From contig CAMDHZ010000002.1 in assembly GCA_945898275.1 (NCBI GenBank), positions 5,007-69,006 of the forward strand: a stretch of DNA of 64,000 bases. The letters are read 5' to 3'. Under the pieces are notes generated by a model. It had not been told where the DNA came from. It made no database searches and saw nothing but the letters and a program-made list of their open reading frames with translations. Position numbers and translations under genes: made by a program. Source of the DNA: Chitinophaga pinensis (GTDB taxonomy: Bacteria; Bacteroidota; Bacteroidia; UKL13-3). Positions 1 to 9,218 of this stretch are shown here, piece after piece. The stretch's first letter is position 1; every line of letters starts with the position of its first letter.

Positions 1-48
1 GAGCAAGATTTGGTTTGCTAACAGATAAATTTGGCATCAATTGGCAAT

Positions 49-2928
49 TTAATTGCGACCTAAATTAAGTTCCTTTGCCAGAAATGTCGCGGTGTGACTT
101 ACCTTTGATTTTACTAGCTCTTCAGGGGTTCCTACGGCAATAACCTCACCTCCATGTCTTCCGCCTTCTGGGCCAATATCAATGATGTGATCAGCAACTT
201 TTATGATATCTAAATTGTGTTCAATTACCAAAACGGTATTACCCTTATCGGTAAGTTTTTGAAGCACACCTAACAATACTTTTACGTCTTCAAAATGAAG
301 TCCAGTAGTTGGCTCATCTAAAATATAAAAGGTGTTTCCAGTGTCCTTTTTGCTTAGTTCGGTTGCAAGTTTAACGCGTTGCGCTTCTCCTCCACTTAAG
401 GTGGTGCTTTGCTGACCCAAAGTAATGTATCCTAAACCTACATCATTGAGTGCACTTATTTTTCTTAGAATATGTGGAGTATGCTCAAAATAGTTGATGG
501 CTTCTTCTACAGGCATATCAAGCACGTCATTAATGCTTTTTCCTTTGTATCTTACTTCTAAGGTTTCACGGTTATATCGTTTGCCATTGCAAGTTTCACA
601 TTTAACATAAACGTCTGGAAGAAAATTCATTTCAATGGCTCTCATGCCAGCACCTTGGCAGGTTTCGCATCTACCGCCTTTTACATTAAAGGAAAATCTA
701 CCAGGTTTATATCCTCTAATTTTAGCTTCAGGCAAAGAGGCAAATAAGTTACGGATGTCACTAAAAACCTCCACATAAGTAGCAGGGTTACTCCTAGGCG
801 TTCTTCCAATCGGACTTTGGTCTATCTCTATAACTTTATCAATGTGTTCAAGGCCTTTAATGCTTTTATAAACTAAAGGTTTCTGATGAGAGTTGTAGAA
901 ATGCTGTCTTAAAATTGGGTATAGAGTTTCATTAATTAGTGAAGATTTACCGCTACCACTCACACCAGTTACACAAATCAACTTACCAAGTGGGAAAGTA
1001 ACATTCACATTTTTGAGATTGTTGCCATTTGCACCTTTAAGCACTAGGTCTTTGCCATTACCTTTTCTGCGTTGCTTTGGAATTTCAATACTTCTAACGC
1101 CATTTAGGTACTGCGCAGTAATGGAATTAGACAAGAGGATGTCTTGAAGAGTTCCTTGCGCAGCAATATGTCCGCCGTGAACACCAGCTCCGTAACCAAT
1201 ATCTAAAATAAAATCACTTTCCTCCATCATGTCTTTGTCGTGTTCAACCACAATAACACTATTTCCAATATCTCGCAAAGATTTAAGCGAGTTAATTAGC
1301 CTAACATTATCACGCTGGTGTAATCCTATACTTGGTTCATCCAAAATATATAAAACGCCTGTGAGTTGGGAACCAATTTGAGTGGCTAATCGAATCCGTT
1401 GAGCCTCTCCCCCACTAAGGGTTTTAGAGGGGGAGTTCAAGGTTAAATAATCAATGCCAACATTTCGCAAAAACTGTATACGACTTCTAATTTCCTTTAA
1501 GATTTCAGCAGAAATAATGAGTTGTTTCTCATCCATTTTAGATTCAACATCTTCGAACCAGTCGCCTAAAGCATGGATTTCCAATTGGGCTAATTCTGCT
1601 ATATTCTTATCGCCAATTTTATAAAAAAGTGATTCCTTTTTTAATCTTGCACCGTGGCAGGAAGGACAGGGTTGAAGCTCCATAAATTCTTCTGCCCATC
1701 TGTAGATTGCATCATAACTTTTTTCATGATAATGACGCGTAATTAGAGGAACTAATCCTTCCCAAGTTGCATTATAATTTTGGGCGTAACCACTGCTATA
1801 TTGATAAGGAATGACAATGGGTTCATCAGAGCCATAAAGAATTATTTTTAGGGCTTCTTCACTTATTTTCTCAATTGGGTCAGCAAAAGAAAACTTATGC
1901 CTTTTCCCTAACTCTCTTAATTGCAAAAAAGTCCAATTATCCCTAGCCTCTCCTAATGGTGTTAAAGCGCCCTTATTGATACTTAATTTTGCATCAGGAA
2001 TGATTGCTTTTTCATCAATAATACTTTTAACCCCTAAGCCATCACAGATAGGACAAGCGCCATACGGAGAATTAAAAGAAAAGCTATTGGGTTGCGGTTC
2101 ATCATAAGAAATACCACTTTTTGGATCCATAAGAAACTTACTATAATGAAAAACCTCATTTGTAGTGTTTTCTAAAACGAGCAGGGTTCCTTTCCCCATT
2201 TTTAGTGCACTTTTGACGCTTTCCGAAACTCTAAATTTGGCTCCTTTGGTGGTTTCAATTCTGTCGATTAATAATTCAATATCATGAATTTTATACCTAT
2301 CAGCCTGCATTTTAGGGCTAATATCTACCAATGCTCCATCTAGTCTTATTTTAGTGTAACCTTGCTTTCTAACTTGTTCGAATAATTCACGGTAATGCCC
2401 TTTCCTTCCTTTAATCAAAGGTGCCAATATTGAAATTTTCTTATTCTCAAATTTTTGTACAATAGAACTTATAATTTGTTCTTCAGAAAATCTTACCATC
2501 TTTTCCCCTGTTTCGTAACTAAATGCTTCAGAGGCCCTGGCATAAAGAAGTCGTAGGAAATCATATATTTCTGTGATGGTACCAACGGTTGAACGAGGAT
2601 TTTTATTTACAGTTTTCTGCTCAATAGCAATCACTGGCGAGAGCCCATTGATTTTATCAACATTTGGTCTTTCCATGTTACCAATAAACTGACGGGCATA
2701 AGCAGAAAAGCTTTCCATGTATCGCCTTTGACCCTCAGCAAAAAGCGTATCAAAAGCCAGAGAAGACTTTCCACTTCCACTTAAACCAGTTATGGTTACA
2801 AGTTTATTTCTTGGAATGATAACATCAATATTCTTGAGGTTGTGTTCCCTTGCTCCTAATATTTCTATTACACCACTATCCCCTACAAAACCTTGAGAAA
2901 AGCTATTTTTTTCTGCTATTTCAGTCAT
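49..2928 (-). CDS. uvrA: Excinuclease ABC subunit A (UvrA)
   Basis: 959 aa. Two ABC ATPase modules with Walker A motifs (GLSGSGKSS, GVSGSGKSS) and signature motifs (LSGGEAQR twice). Zinc-finger cysteines CPxC...CxxC. N-terminal GLSGSGKSSLAFDTLFAEGQRRYMESFSAYARQF is diagnostic for UvrA. Confidence 0.95.
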   Translation of the reverse strand: MTEIAEKNSFSQGFVGDSGVIEILGAREHNLKNIDVIIPRNKLVTITGLSGSGKSSLAFDTLFAEGQRRYMESFSAYARQFIGNMERPNVDKINGLSPVIAIEQKTVNKNPRSTVGTITEIYDFLRLLYARASEAFSYETGEKMVRFSEEQIISSIVQKFENKKISILAPLIKGRKGHYRELFEQVRKQGYTKIRLDGALVDISPKMQADRYKIHDIELLIDRIETTKGAKFRVSESVKSALKMGKGTLLVLENTTNEVFHYSKFLMDPKSGISYDEPQPNSFSFNSPYGACPICDGLGVKSIIDEKAIIPDAKLSINKGALTPLGEARDNWTFLQLRELGKRHKFSFADPIEKISEEALKIILYGSDEPIVIPYQYSSGYAQNYNATWEGLVPLITRHYHEKSYDAIYRWAEEFMELQPCPSCHGARLKKESLFYKIGDKNIAELAQLEIHALGDWFEDVESKMDEKQLIISAEILKEIRSRIQFLRNVGIDYLTLNSPSKTLSGGEAQRIRLATQIGSQLTGVLYILDEPSIGLHQRDNVRLINSLKSLRDIGNSVIVVEHDKDMMEESDFILDIGYGAGVHGGHIAAQGTLQDILLSNSITAQYLNGVRSIEIPKQRRKGNGKDLVLKGANGNNLKNVNVTFPLGKLICVTGVSGSGKSSLINETLYPILRQHFYNSHQKPLVYKSIKGLEHIDKVIEIDQSPIGRTPRSNPATYVEVFSDIRNLFASLPEAKIRGYKPGRFSFNVKGGRCETCQGAGMRAIEMNFLPDVYVKCETCNGKRYNRETLEVRYKGKSINDVLDMPVEEAINYFEHTPHILRKISALNDVGLGYITLGQQSTTLSGGEAQRVKLATELSKKDTGNTFYILDEPTTGLHFEDVKVLLGVLQKLTDKGNTVLVIEHNLDIIKVADHIIDIGPEGGRHGGEVIAVGTPEELVKSKVSHTATFLAKELNLGRN

Positions 2929-2976
2929 TATATCTAATTAACAAAGAATACTTAAATCTGTGTTGAACCACCTATT

Positions 2977-3741
2977 TTAAATATATCCCTTTACTTTATA
3001 AACTACCAAACCAATCCATTCCTTCATCATGAAAGTCCACAATTGAAACCCGCCATAGCTAGGAATAATGGTATTTAATATCGTATTCCTACTACGTAAA
3101 CTTTTTATATCTGCACTGTAAGGAACAACATTAAATCCTTGTTTCTCAAAACATAACTTTGCTCTAAGCATGTGGAATCCGGCAGTTACCAAAACATACC
3201 TTTTTTGCTTCCAATTTTTATCCAAATTTTCTAGCATATTGGCGGTGTACTTTGCATTTTGAAAAGTATTCATAGAAAGGGTTTCGATAAGAATGCAAGA
3301 ATCTGGTATGCCACATTTTACCATGAACTCCTTGCCAAGCCTAGATTCTGGAATAAAACCACCAAAAACTGTATCAGCACCACCAGTATAAATTATTTTT
3401 TTTGCTATACCACTTTTATACAAATCTATCGCTTGGCACATTCTATCATTTCCATCATTATAATTTGCTCTAACAACTCCATTCAACATAAAATTTGAGA
3501 CAAACCCACTTGGAACAATAATGGCTTCAAATTGCTCTGTTTTAGCAATTGAAATAGGTGGAACTTCGTAAAATTTAATAACGGATTGAGCCAACCATGG
3601 ATTAGTAAAAAAGATTAATAATCCAAAACCATAATATAAATTTCTCTTAACCTTGGTAATAAAATAAAGTAGAAAAAAAATAATAACGATTGATAAAGGT
3701 GCGATTAAAGCATATGCCACCTTTGATAAAAAATAGAACAT
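2977..3741 (-). CDS. DUF218 (YdcF/SanA/ElyC-like) family membrane-anchored protein
   Basis: 254 aa. N-terminal TM helix followed by a DUF218-like core (GGADTVFGGFIPESRLGKEFMVKCGIPDSCILIETLSMNTFQNAKYTANML). ATG start confirmed at 3741. Confidence 0.6.
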   Translation of the reverse strand: MFYFLSKVAYALIAPLSIVIIFFLLYFITKVKRNLYYGFGLLIFFTNPWLAQSVIKFYEVPPISIAKTEQFEAIIVPSGFVSNFMLNGVVRANYNDGNDRMCQAIDLYKSGIAKKIIYTGGADTVFGGFIPESRLGKEFMVKCGIPDSCILIETLSMNTFQNAKYTANMLENLDKNWKQKRYVLVTAGFHMLRAKLCFEKQGFNVVPYSADIKSLRSRNTILNTIIPSYGGFQLWTFMMKEWIGLVVYKVKGYI

Positions 3742-3742
3742 A

Positions 3743-4732
3743 TTAATTCTTCATTAAATATTGGTAATAAACTATCACAGCTAAAATCAAAAACAAAGAA
3801 ATTTCCTTTATCCATTTCCAAGAAGTTCTAACAAAATAATTGGCCATCAAAAAACTTAAAGGAATGGATAAGTATGGCAAAGCAAGCTCAAACCCATAAT
3901 CTCCAGCTAACAAAGATAAGAAACCAAACGGAACCATAATGATTATCATTAGTTGAAGCCTTCTTGTTTTAACTTTATTTCTGAAAAAATTAGTTTGAAT
4001 TTGAAGTGCTGAAAAGGTAAGAATCGGCAAAATAACAAACCATATATACCCCTTTTCCAATGTTATTCCTAAAGACTTAAAATAGGATTTATCAATGGTG
4101 TAATACAGCGCCTCTAATAGATTGGAGATATTTCCATTCACATATAAAAAAGCAGCAAGAAAATATAGCGGTACACCAATAGATAAAATAGCTACTAGCA
4201 AATACCTAACATTAAACTTGGTCATGTAAATAATACTTAACAAAATGAAAGGTAGATACAGAATCAAATCTGGGTCGAACAATAATCCTAAACCTAATAA
4301 AATACCTGCATCAATTACAGGAAAAATAGGATTAGGAGATTCATATAAGAAGCAAAGTCTAAAAACGAGTAAAATAAGAAAAGTATTAGCTATCAGTTGT
4401 GGTGTTAAAAGCTGTTGTGGCGCATAAATGCTATTCAACAAAACAAAAAACAAACCTGGCAAAACGCTGTCTTTGAAGATAACTTGTTGTGAATTAGAAA
4501 TAAAATTAACAAAAAATGCTTGCAGAATAACCAACAAGGCAGCTACAAGTGCACTTTGCCAACCCAAAGGAGCATATTGATGCATCCAGTTTAGTACAAA
4601 CTGAGCAGCAGGCGTTGGAGACTGAATATAAAGTGGAATGTCAATAATAAATCCCGGTAGTCTAATCAAAATTGAAAAGACTAAAAATGCAATTAAAGCA
4701 CTAAGAGTATTGGTTCTAAAAAGATTGAGCAC
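3743..4732 (-). CDS. Polytopic inner-membrane protein of unknown function (about 9-10 predicted TM helices)
   Basis: 329 aa, hydrophobic throughout. GTG start 2-3 nt downstream of the stop of the upstream gene, so coupled. No recognisable catalytic motif. Confidence 0.45.
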   Translation of the reverse strand: MLNLFRTNTLSALIAFLVFSILIRLPGFIIDIPLYIQSPTPAAQFVLNWMHQYAPLGWQSALVAALLVILQAFFVNFISNSQQVIFKDSVLPGLFFVLLNSIYAPQQLLTPQLIANTFLILLVFRLCFLYESPNPIFPVIDAGILLGLGLLFDPDLILYLPFILLSIIYMTKFNVRYLLVAILSIGVPLYFLAAFLYVNGNISNLLEALYYTIDKSYFKSLGITLEKGYIWFVILPILTFSALQIQTNFFRNKVKTRRLQLMIIIMVPFGFLSLLAGDYGFELALPYLSIPLSFLMANYFVRTSWKWIKEISLFLILAVIVYYQYLMKN

Positions 4733-4734
4733 GC

Positions 4735-6228
4735 TTAAAATTTAATTCGAACCAAAGTAAATAATTTATCACGAATCGTTGATGCAACCAAAGAATTTGC
4801 AGAAACTTGTCTAAACTCAGAAGGCACCAAGGAAATGTTAAAACTTGTATTTTTAATTAAAACTTTTTCTTCGGCCCTACCTTGATAGTTTATTGAATGT
4901 AGCATCACATTCCCATCACTATCCAAATCACTATTATACAAAATATGGACAAAATCTTGAGTTGGAATTATGGCAACCCCAGCGTTTCCAATTTCTCCTA
5001 CTGCACTTTGCTTTTTTCTAACCACATCCGTAAAATGAATCGAACCATCTGAATTAACAGACCAAAGCACAACATCATCATAATTATAAATTACCCGAAC
5101 TCCTTCCATTGGCATATTATTAAGGTAATAATTGTAGCGTTGTTCAACTCTCGTGTATTTTTCTGCTGCAACTATAATTCCCCCATCTGAGCGTGGAATT
5201 ATCTTTCGAATGTAAAAGTTGTCTAAACCTTGGGTGAACTTTTCAGATTTGGGTGGCAATAATTTTTCCAATATTTCGGGTTGAACCAAGGATTGAAATC
5301 TCAATAAAGTTTCTTTAGTAATGATGCTGTACCTATTATAAAAATAACCGTTAACATCCTTTCCTTCTGCCACTGAGTAAAAGCCAAAAACTGCAATTGT
5401 TTTGTTAAAATTATTTACTGTAAACCCTAATTCTTCTATGAATTGGTCTTGGCCGCCTAATTCATAAGCAAACATTTTATCCAAATCAGGATAATAGGCA
5501 TATAAAAAAAAGGCCCTTGAATCAACACTTCCTTTCTCAACCGTTTTCGGATAATCCAAAAGGACATAAGCATTTCCTTCATTATCGATATCAAATGCAG
5601 TTAAAAAAACTTCCTTATGTGAACTTTCCAACGAAAACTGTCTTCCAAAAATCTGTTGAGTAGCGCCTTGATAAGCATATAAGTTTAATTTACTTTCATT
5701 TGCTTCTGTCCCTTTTGTTAAAAACATAATACCAACCATAGTTTTTGCAGCATTTGTTTTAACCTGAATTTTTCTGCGCTCTAAATAACCAGCCACTGGA
5801 AAACTACAAATCACCGAAGGTCCGCCAACGTTCTTCAAGTTTTCATCCATTTTTTGAGCCAAAATATCAATGGTATTAGTGGAAACATTCTTAGCGCTTA
5901 TAAAAACAAATAATTCATTATTTACCAATAAAACACGTTCAACTAAACCATTTACTGCCAAAGGAAGGGATATACTTAATTCTTGACTTAGATTACTCTT
6001 ATACTTCTCAATAATTACTTCAGCACTAAAATCGCTGTTTTTACACCTTAGCAGATATAAACCATTGGAGGTTTCACCTATAATCTGTGTAAACAGATTT
6101 TTATTCTTAATTTTTTGGGGACTTCCCCACTCAATTGCTTGAGCGCTTCCTCCCAGTGGCTTTAGGATAAACAAAGCTGTAACTAAGTAAAAAATTGACT
6201 TCAAATTAATAATATTCAGTTTTATCAT
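4735..6228 (-). CDS. Secreted hypothetical protein (signal peptide; repetitive beta-rich sequence)
   Basis: 497 aa. N-terminal signal MIKLNIINLKSIFYLVTALFILKPLGGSAQA. No recognised domain by eye. ATG at 6228. Confidence 0.45.
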   Translation of the reverse strand: MIKLNIINLKSIFYLVTALFILKPLGGSAQAIEWGSPQKIKNKNLFTQIIGETSNGLYLLRCKNSDFSAEVIIEKYKSNLSQELSISLPLAVNGLVERVLLVNNELFVFISAKNVSTNTIDILAQKMDENLKNVGGPSVICSFPVAGYLERRKIQVKTNAAKTMVGIMFLTKGTEANESKLNLYAYQGATQQIFGRQFSLESSHKEVFLTAFDIDNEGNAYVLLDYPKTVEKGSVDSRAFFLYAYYPDLDKMFAYELGGQDQFIEELGFTVNNFNKTIAVFGFYSVAEGKDVNGYFYNRYSIITKETLLRFQSLVQPEILEKLLPPKSEKFTQGLDNFYIRKIIPRSDGGIIVAAEKYTRVEQRYNYYLNNMPMEGVRVIYNYDDVVLWSVNSDGSIHFTDVVRKKQSAVGEIGNAGVAIIPTQDFVHILYNSDLDSDGNVMLHSINYQGRAEEKVLIKNTSFNISLVPSEFRQVSANSLVASTIRDKLFTLVRIKF

Positions 6229-6278
6229 AAATAGTAGGCGAAGATACCTGATATGAACTATTTTCGCTTGAATTTCTT

Positions 6279-7451
6279 ATGACAAAAAAACAAATTTTTG
6301 ATACAAGCAAAAAAGAGGAAACTGCGATAATGGTGGGTATAATAACCCAAAATTTAAGAGTAGAGCAAGCAGAAGAATACCTTGATGAGCTTGAGTTTTT
6401 AGCCTTAACTGCTGGAGCAATCGTTAAAAAGCGCTTTCTACAAAGACTTAATTATCCAAATCCAAGAACTTTTATTGGAGCTGGGAAGTTGCAAGAAATT
6501 GGCGAGTATATTACGGTAAATGAAATCGATATAGTCTTTTTCGATGATGAACTTAGTCCATCTCAAATTCGAAATTTGGAACAAGAGCTTAAATGTAAAA
6601 TTCTAGATCGCAGCAATTTAATCCTAGATATTTTTGCCTCGAGAGCCAGAACTGCTCAGGCTAGGTTTCAAGTAGAATTGGCTCAAGCCCAATACTTATT
6701 GCCAAGACTAACCCGCATGTGGACCCACCTTAGCAAACAAAAAGGAGGAATTGGAATGAAAGGTCCTGGTGAAACAGAAATTGAGACCGATAGAAGGATA
6801 CTCAGAACCACAATTACAAAACTTAAGGCAAAGCTGGCGATAATAGATAAACAAGCAGAAACTCAGAGGAAAACCAGGGATTCCAAAGTTAGGGTTTCAT
6901 TGGTTGGATATACCAATGTAGGGAAATCAACCTTAATGAATACTATTGCTAAAACCAATGTTTTTGCCGAGGATAAGCTTTTCGCAACCCTCGATTCAAC
7001 GGTTAGAAAAGTAGATTGGCCAGGAAAAACCTTTTTATTGAGCGACACAGTTGGGTTTATTAGGAAATTACCACACCAATTGGTAGAATGCTTCAAATCA
7101 ACTTTGGACGAAATTAGAGAAGCAGATATTCTATTACATGTTGTGGATATCAGTCATCCAAATTTTGAAGACCAAATAAATGTTGTAAATGAAACTCTTA
7201 AAGAAATTGGAGCCTCAAATAAGAAAGTAATTTTGGTTTTTAACAAAATTGACAACCTAAAGAAACCCCTCTTTTTTGAAGACGAAACCATAGAAAGTTC
7301 TGAGGAATACCTAGAACTACTAAAAAAGTCTTGGATGGCTAAAGATAGTAATCCTACGCTGTTTGTAAGTGCCTCCAAAAAAATAAATCTAGATACGTTA
7401 AGAATAACTTTAGCAGATGTAATTGATAATTTTGAAAAAAACAGAGGCTAA
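6279..7451 (+). CDS. hflX: GTPase HflX
   Basis: 390 aa. N-terminal HflX domain plus G domain with G1 GYTNVGKST, G3 DTVGF and G4 NKID. ATG at 6279. Confidence 0.9.
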   Translation: MTKKQIFDTSKKEETAIMVGIITQNLRVEQAEEYLDELEFLALTAGAIVKKRFLQRLNYPNPRTFIGAGKLQEIGEYITVNEIDIVFFDDELSPSQIRNLEQELKCKILDRSNLILDIFASRARTAQARFQVELAQAQYLLPRLTRMWTHLSKQKGGIGMKGPGETEIETDRRILRTTITKLKAKLAIIDKQAETQRKTRDSKVRVSLVGYTNVGKSTLMNTIAKTNVFAEDKLFATLDSTVRKVDWPGKTFLLSDTVGFIRKLPHQLVECFKSTLDEIREADILLHVVDISHPNFEDQINVVNETLKEIGASNKKVILVFNKIDNLKKPLFFEDETIESSEEYLELLKKSWMAKDSNPTLFVSASKKINLDTLRITLADVIDNFEKNRG

Positions 7452-7495
7452 GCAATTTAGAGAATTCAATTGAATCCTTATTTTCGCAATATCAC

Positions 7496-8665
7496 ATGAA
7501 TCAGGATACACAAAAAAATATTGAGTTAAGCATTATTATGCCTTGTCTTAATGAAGCCGAAACCTTGGCTACTTGTATTAATAAGGCAAATTCTTGGCTT
7601 AAGGAAAACAATGTATCAGGCGAAGTAATCATAGGCGACAACGGCAGCACAGATGGTTCTCAACAAATTGCACTATCGCTTGGCGCAAGGGTAATTGACG
7701 TTCCTAGAAAAGGTTATGGGGCTGCCTTAATGGGCGCCATTGAAGCAGCAAATGGAAAGTATATTATCATGGGAGACAGTGATGATTCTTATGATTTTGG
7801 CAAACTAGACCTATTTGTACAAGAGTTAAGAAATGGTTATGATTTGGTTATGGGCAATCGTTTTAAAGGTGGAATTATGCCTGGAGCAATGCCTTTTCTT
7901 CATCGATATTTAGGAAATCCAGTATTATCTTTTGTAGGCAGGCTCTTCTTTAATTGTCCTGTTAAAGACTTTCATTGTGGATTAAGAGGGTTTAGACAAG
8001 ACCTAGTTAGTGTGCTTGATTTAAAAACTACTGGGATGGAATTTGCCTCTGAAATGGTTGTTAAATCAACTTTAAACAAACTAAAAATTACCGAAGTTCC
8101 AACAATTCTTAGTAAGGATGGTCGGACCAGGCCTCCACACCTCAGAACTTGGCGCGACGGATGGAGACATTTGCGTTTCCTTTTGATTTACAGCCCAAGA
8201 TGGTTGTTCCTTTACCCTGGAATCACATTGATGTTAATTGGCATGCTGCTGATGTTACTTATTATTCCTGGACCTATGGGTTTATTCAAACAAATCTATT
8301 TCGATACAAATACACTTCTGTATGCAGGTGCGTTCATAATTGTTGGCTACCAAGCAGTAAGTTTTGGTATTTTTACTAGGGCCTATGCTGTAGAATCTGG
8401 CTTCTTGCCCAAAAAAGATTCCTTGTCAAAAGCATTTGATTTAATTTCGTTAGAAAGCGGTTTGATCCTAGGTTTGCTTATTTTCTTTGTAGGATTAGCC
8501 GGAACCTTTTTCTCTCTTTACATTTGGGAAGAATCAAATTTTGGTCAACTCGAATATTCAAAAATTTTAAGAATTGTAATCCCAAGTGTGGTTGCTATAA
8601 TCGTGGGACTACAGACTGTCTTTTCAAGTTTTTTCCTAAGTGTTTTAACAGTGAATAAGAAATAA
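7496..8665 (+). CDS. GT2 family polyprenol-phosphate sugar synthase (DPM1/GtrB/ArnC-like) with C-terminal 4-TM membrane domain
   Basis: 389 aa. N-terminal GT-A domain (IIMPCLNEAETL ... GDNGSTDGS ... IMGDSDDSYDF, a DxD-type motif) followed by four hydrophobic helices. TAATG overlap with the next gene. Confidence 0.8.
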   Translation: MNQDTQKNIELSIIMPCLNEAETLATCINKANSWLKENNVSGEVIIGDNGSTDGSQQIALSLGARVIDVPRKGYGAALMGAIEAANGKYIIMGDSDDSYDFGKLDLFVQELRNGYDLVMGNRFKGGIMPGAMPFLHRYLGNPVLSFVGRLFFNCPVKDFHCGLRGFRQDLVSVLDLKTTGMEFASEMVVKSTLNKLKITEVPTILSKDGRTRPPHLRTWRDGWRHLRFLLIYSPRWLFLYPGITLMLIGMLLMLLIIPGPMGLFKQIYFDTNTLLYAGAFIIVGYQAVSFGIFTRAYAVESGFLPKKDSLSKAFDLISLESGLILGLLIFFVGLAGTFFSLYIWEESNFGQLEYSKILRIVIPSVVAIIVGLQTVFSSFFLSVLTVNKK

Positions 8666-9216
8666 TGAAAGCGATTGATAAATACCTTCAACGAGTAAGA
8701 ATAACTAAAGCCAAAAAATTCATTCAAAAAAATGATTCTGTTTTAGACATAGGCTCAGTTGATGGAGTAATGTTTGAGGCTTGGCAAGGTTTTATAAGCA
8801 AAGGAATTGGGGTTGACCCAACCTTGAAAGAAATTATTAAAAAAGATAATTATATCCTTTATCCTGGATACTTTCCAGAGGCTTGTCCAAAAGAAGAAAT
8901 TTTTGATGCAATAACTTTGCTTGCTGTTCTTGAACATATACCAACTTCGCAACAAGAAGCTTTAGCCAAAAATTGTCACCATTTCTTAAAGGCTAAAGGC
9001 AAACTTATCATTACAGTGCCATCACCACAAGTAGATATAATCTTGGCTATTCTAACTAAACTACGACTAATTGATGGAATGAGTTTAGAAGAGCACTTTG
9101 GCTTTGAACCTAAACATACACCTCAAATTTTTAGTGAACCTAGGTTCAAACTAATTCATAAATCACACTTCCAACTAGGACTTAACAACCTTTTTGTTTT
9201 TGAAAAAATTGGATAA
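8665..9216 (+). CDS. Class I SAM-dependent methyltransferase (small, 183 aa)
   Basis: Motif I-like VLDIGSVDG, then ILYPGYFPE ... ITLLAVLEHIP, typical of the Methyltransf_11/23 fold. The start overlaps the upstream stop, and there is a 2-nt spacer to the next gene. Confidence 0.6.
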   Translation: MKAIDKYLQRVRITKAKKFIQKNDSVLDIGSVDGVMFEAWQGFISKGIGVDPTLKEIIKKDNYILYPGYFPEACPKEEIFDAITLLAVLEHIPTSQQEALAKNCHHFLKAKGKLIITVPSPQVDIILAILTKLRLIDGMSLEEHFGFEPKHTPQIFSEPRFKLIHKSHFQLGLNNLFVFEKIG

Positions 9217-9218
9217 AT

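Noticed and set aside
3259-3498. Antisense/shadow ORFs in the six-frame track
   Set aside because: Each lies wholly inside a well-supported gene on the opposite strand and has low-complexity or odd composition. The list is 3259-3498, 4245-4427, 6863-7096, 7154-7378, 8149-8379, 8545-8727, 8755-8955, 9982-10185, 12225-12407, 15041-15589, 15937-16131, 16651-16887, 22007-22276, 22707-22937, 23946-24143, 24375-24608, 27000-27491, 30231-30500, 31536-31718, 32395-32598, 33706-33894, 34150-34362, 34656-35005, 35488-35676, 35944-36168, 36957-37451, 37775-38086, 40522-40722, 42129-42347, 43710-44048, 44873-45070, 45258-45467, 47478-47669, 49367-49666, 55405-55755 and 57312-57515.
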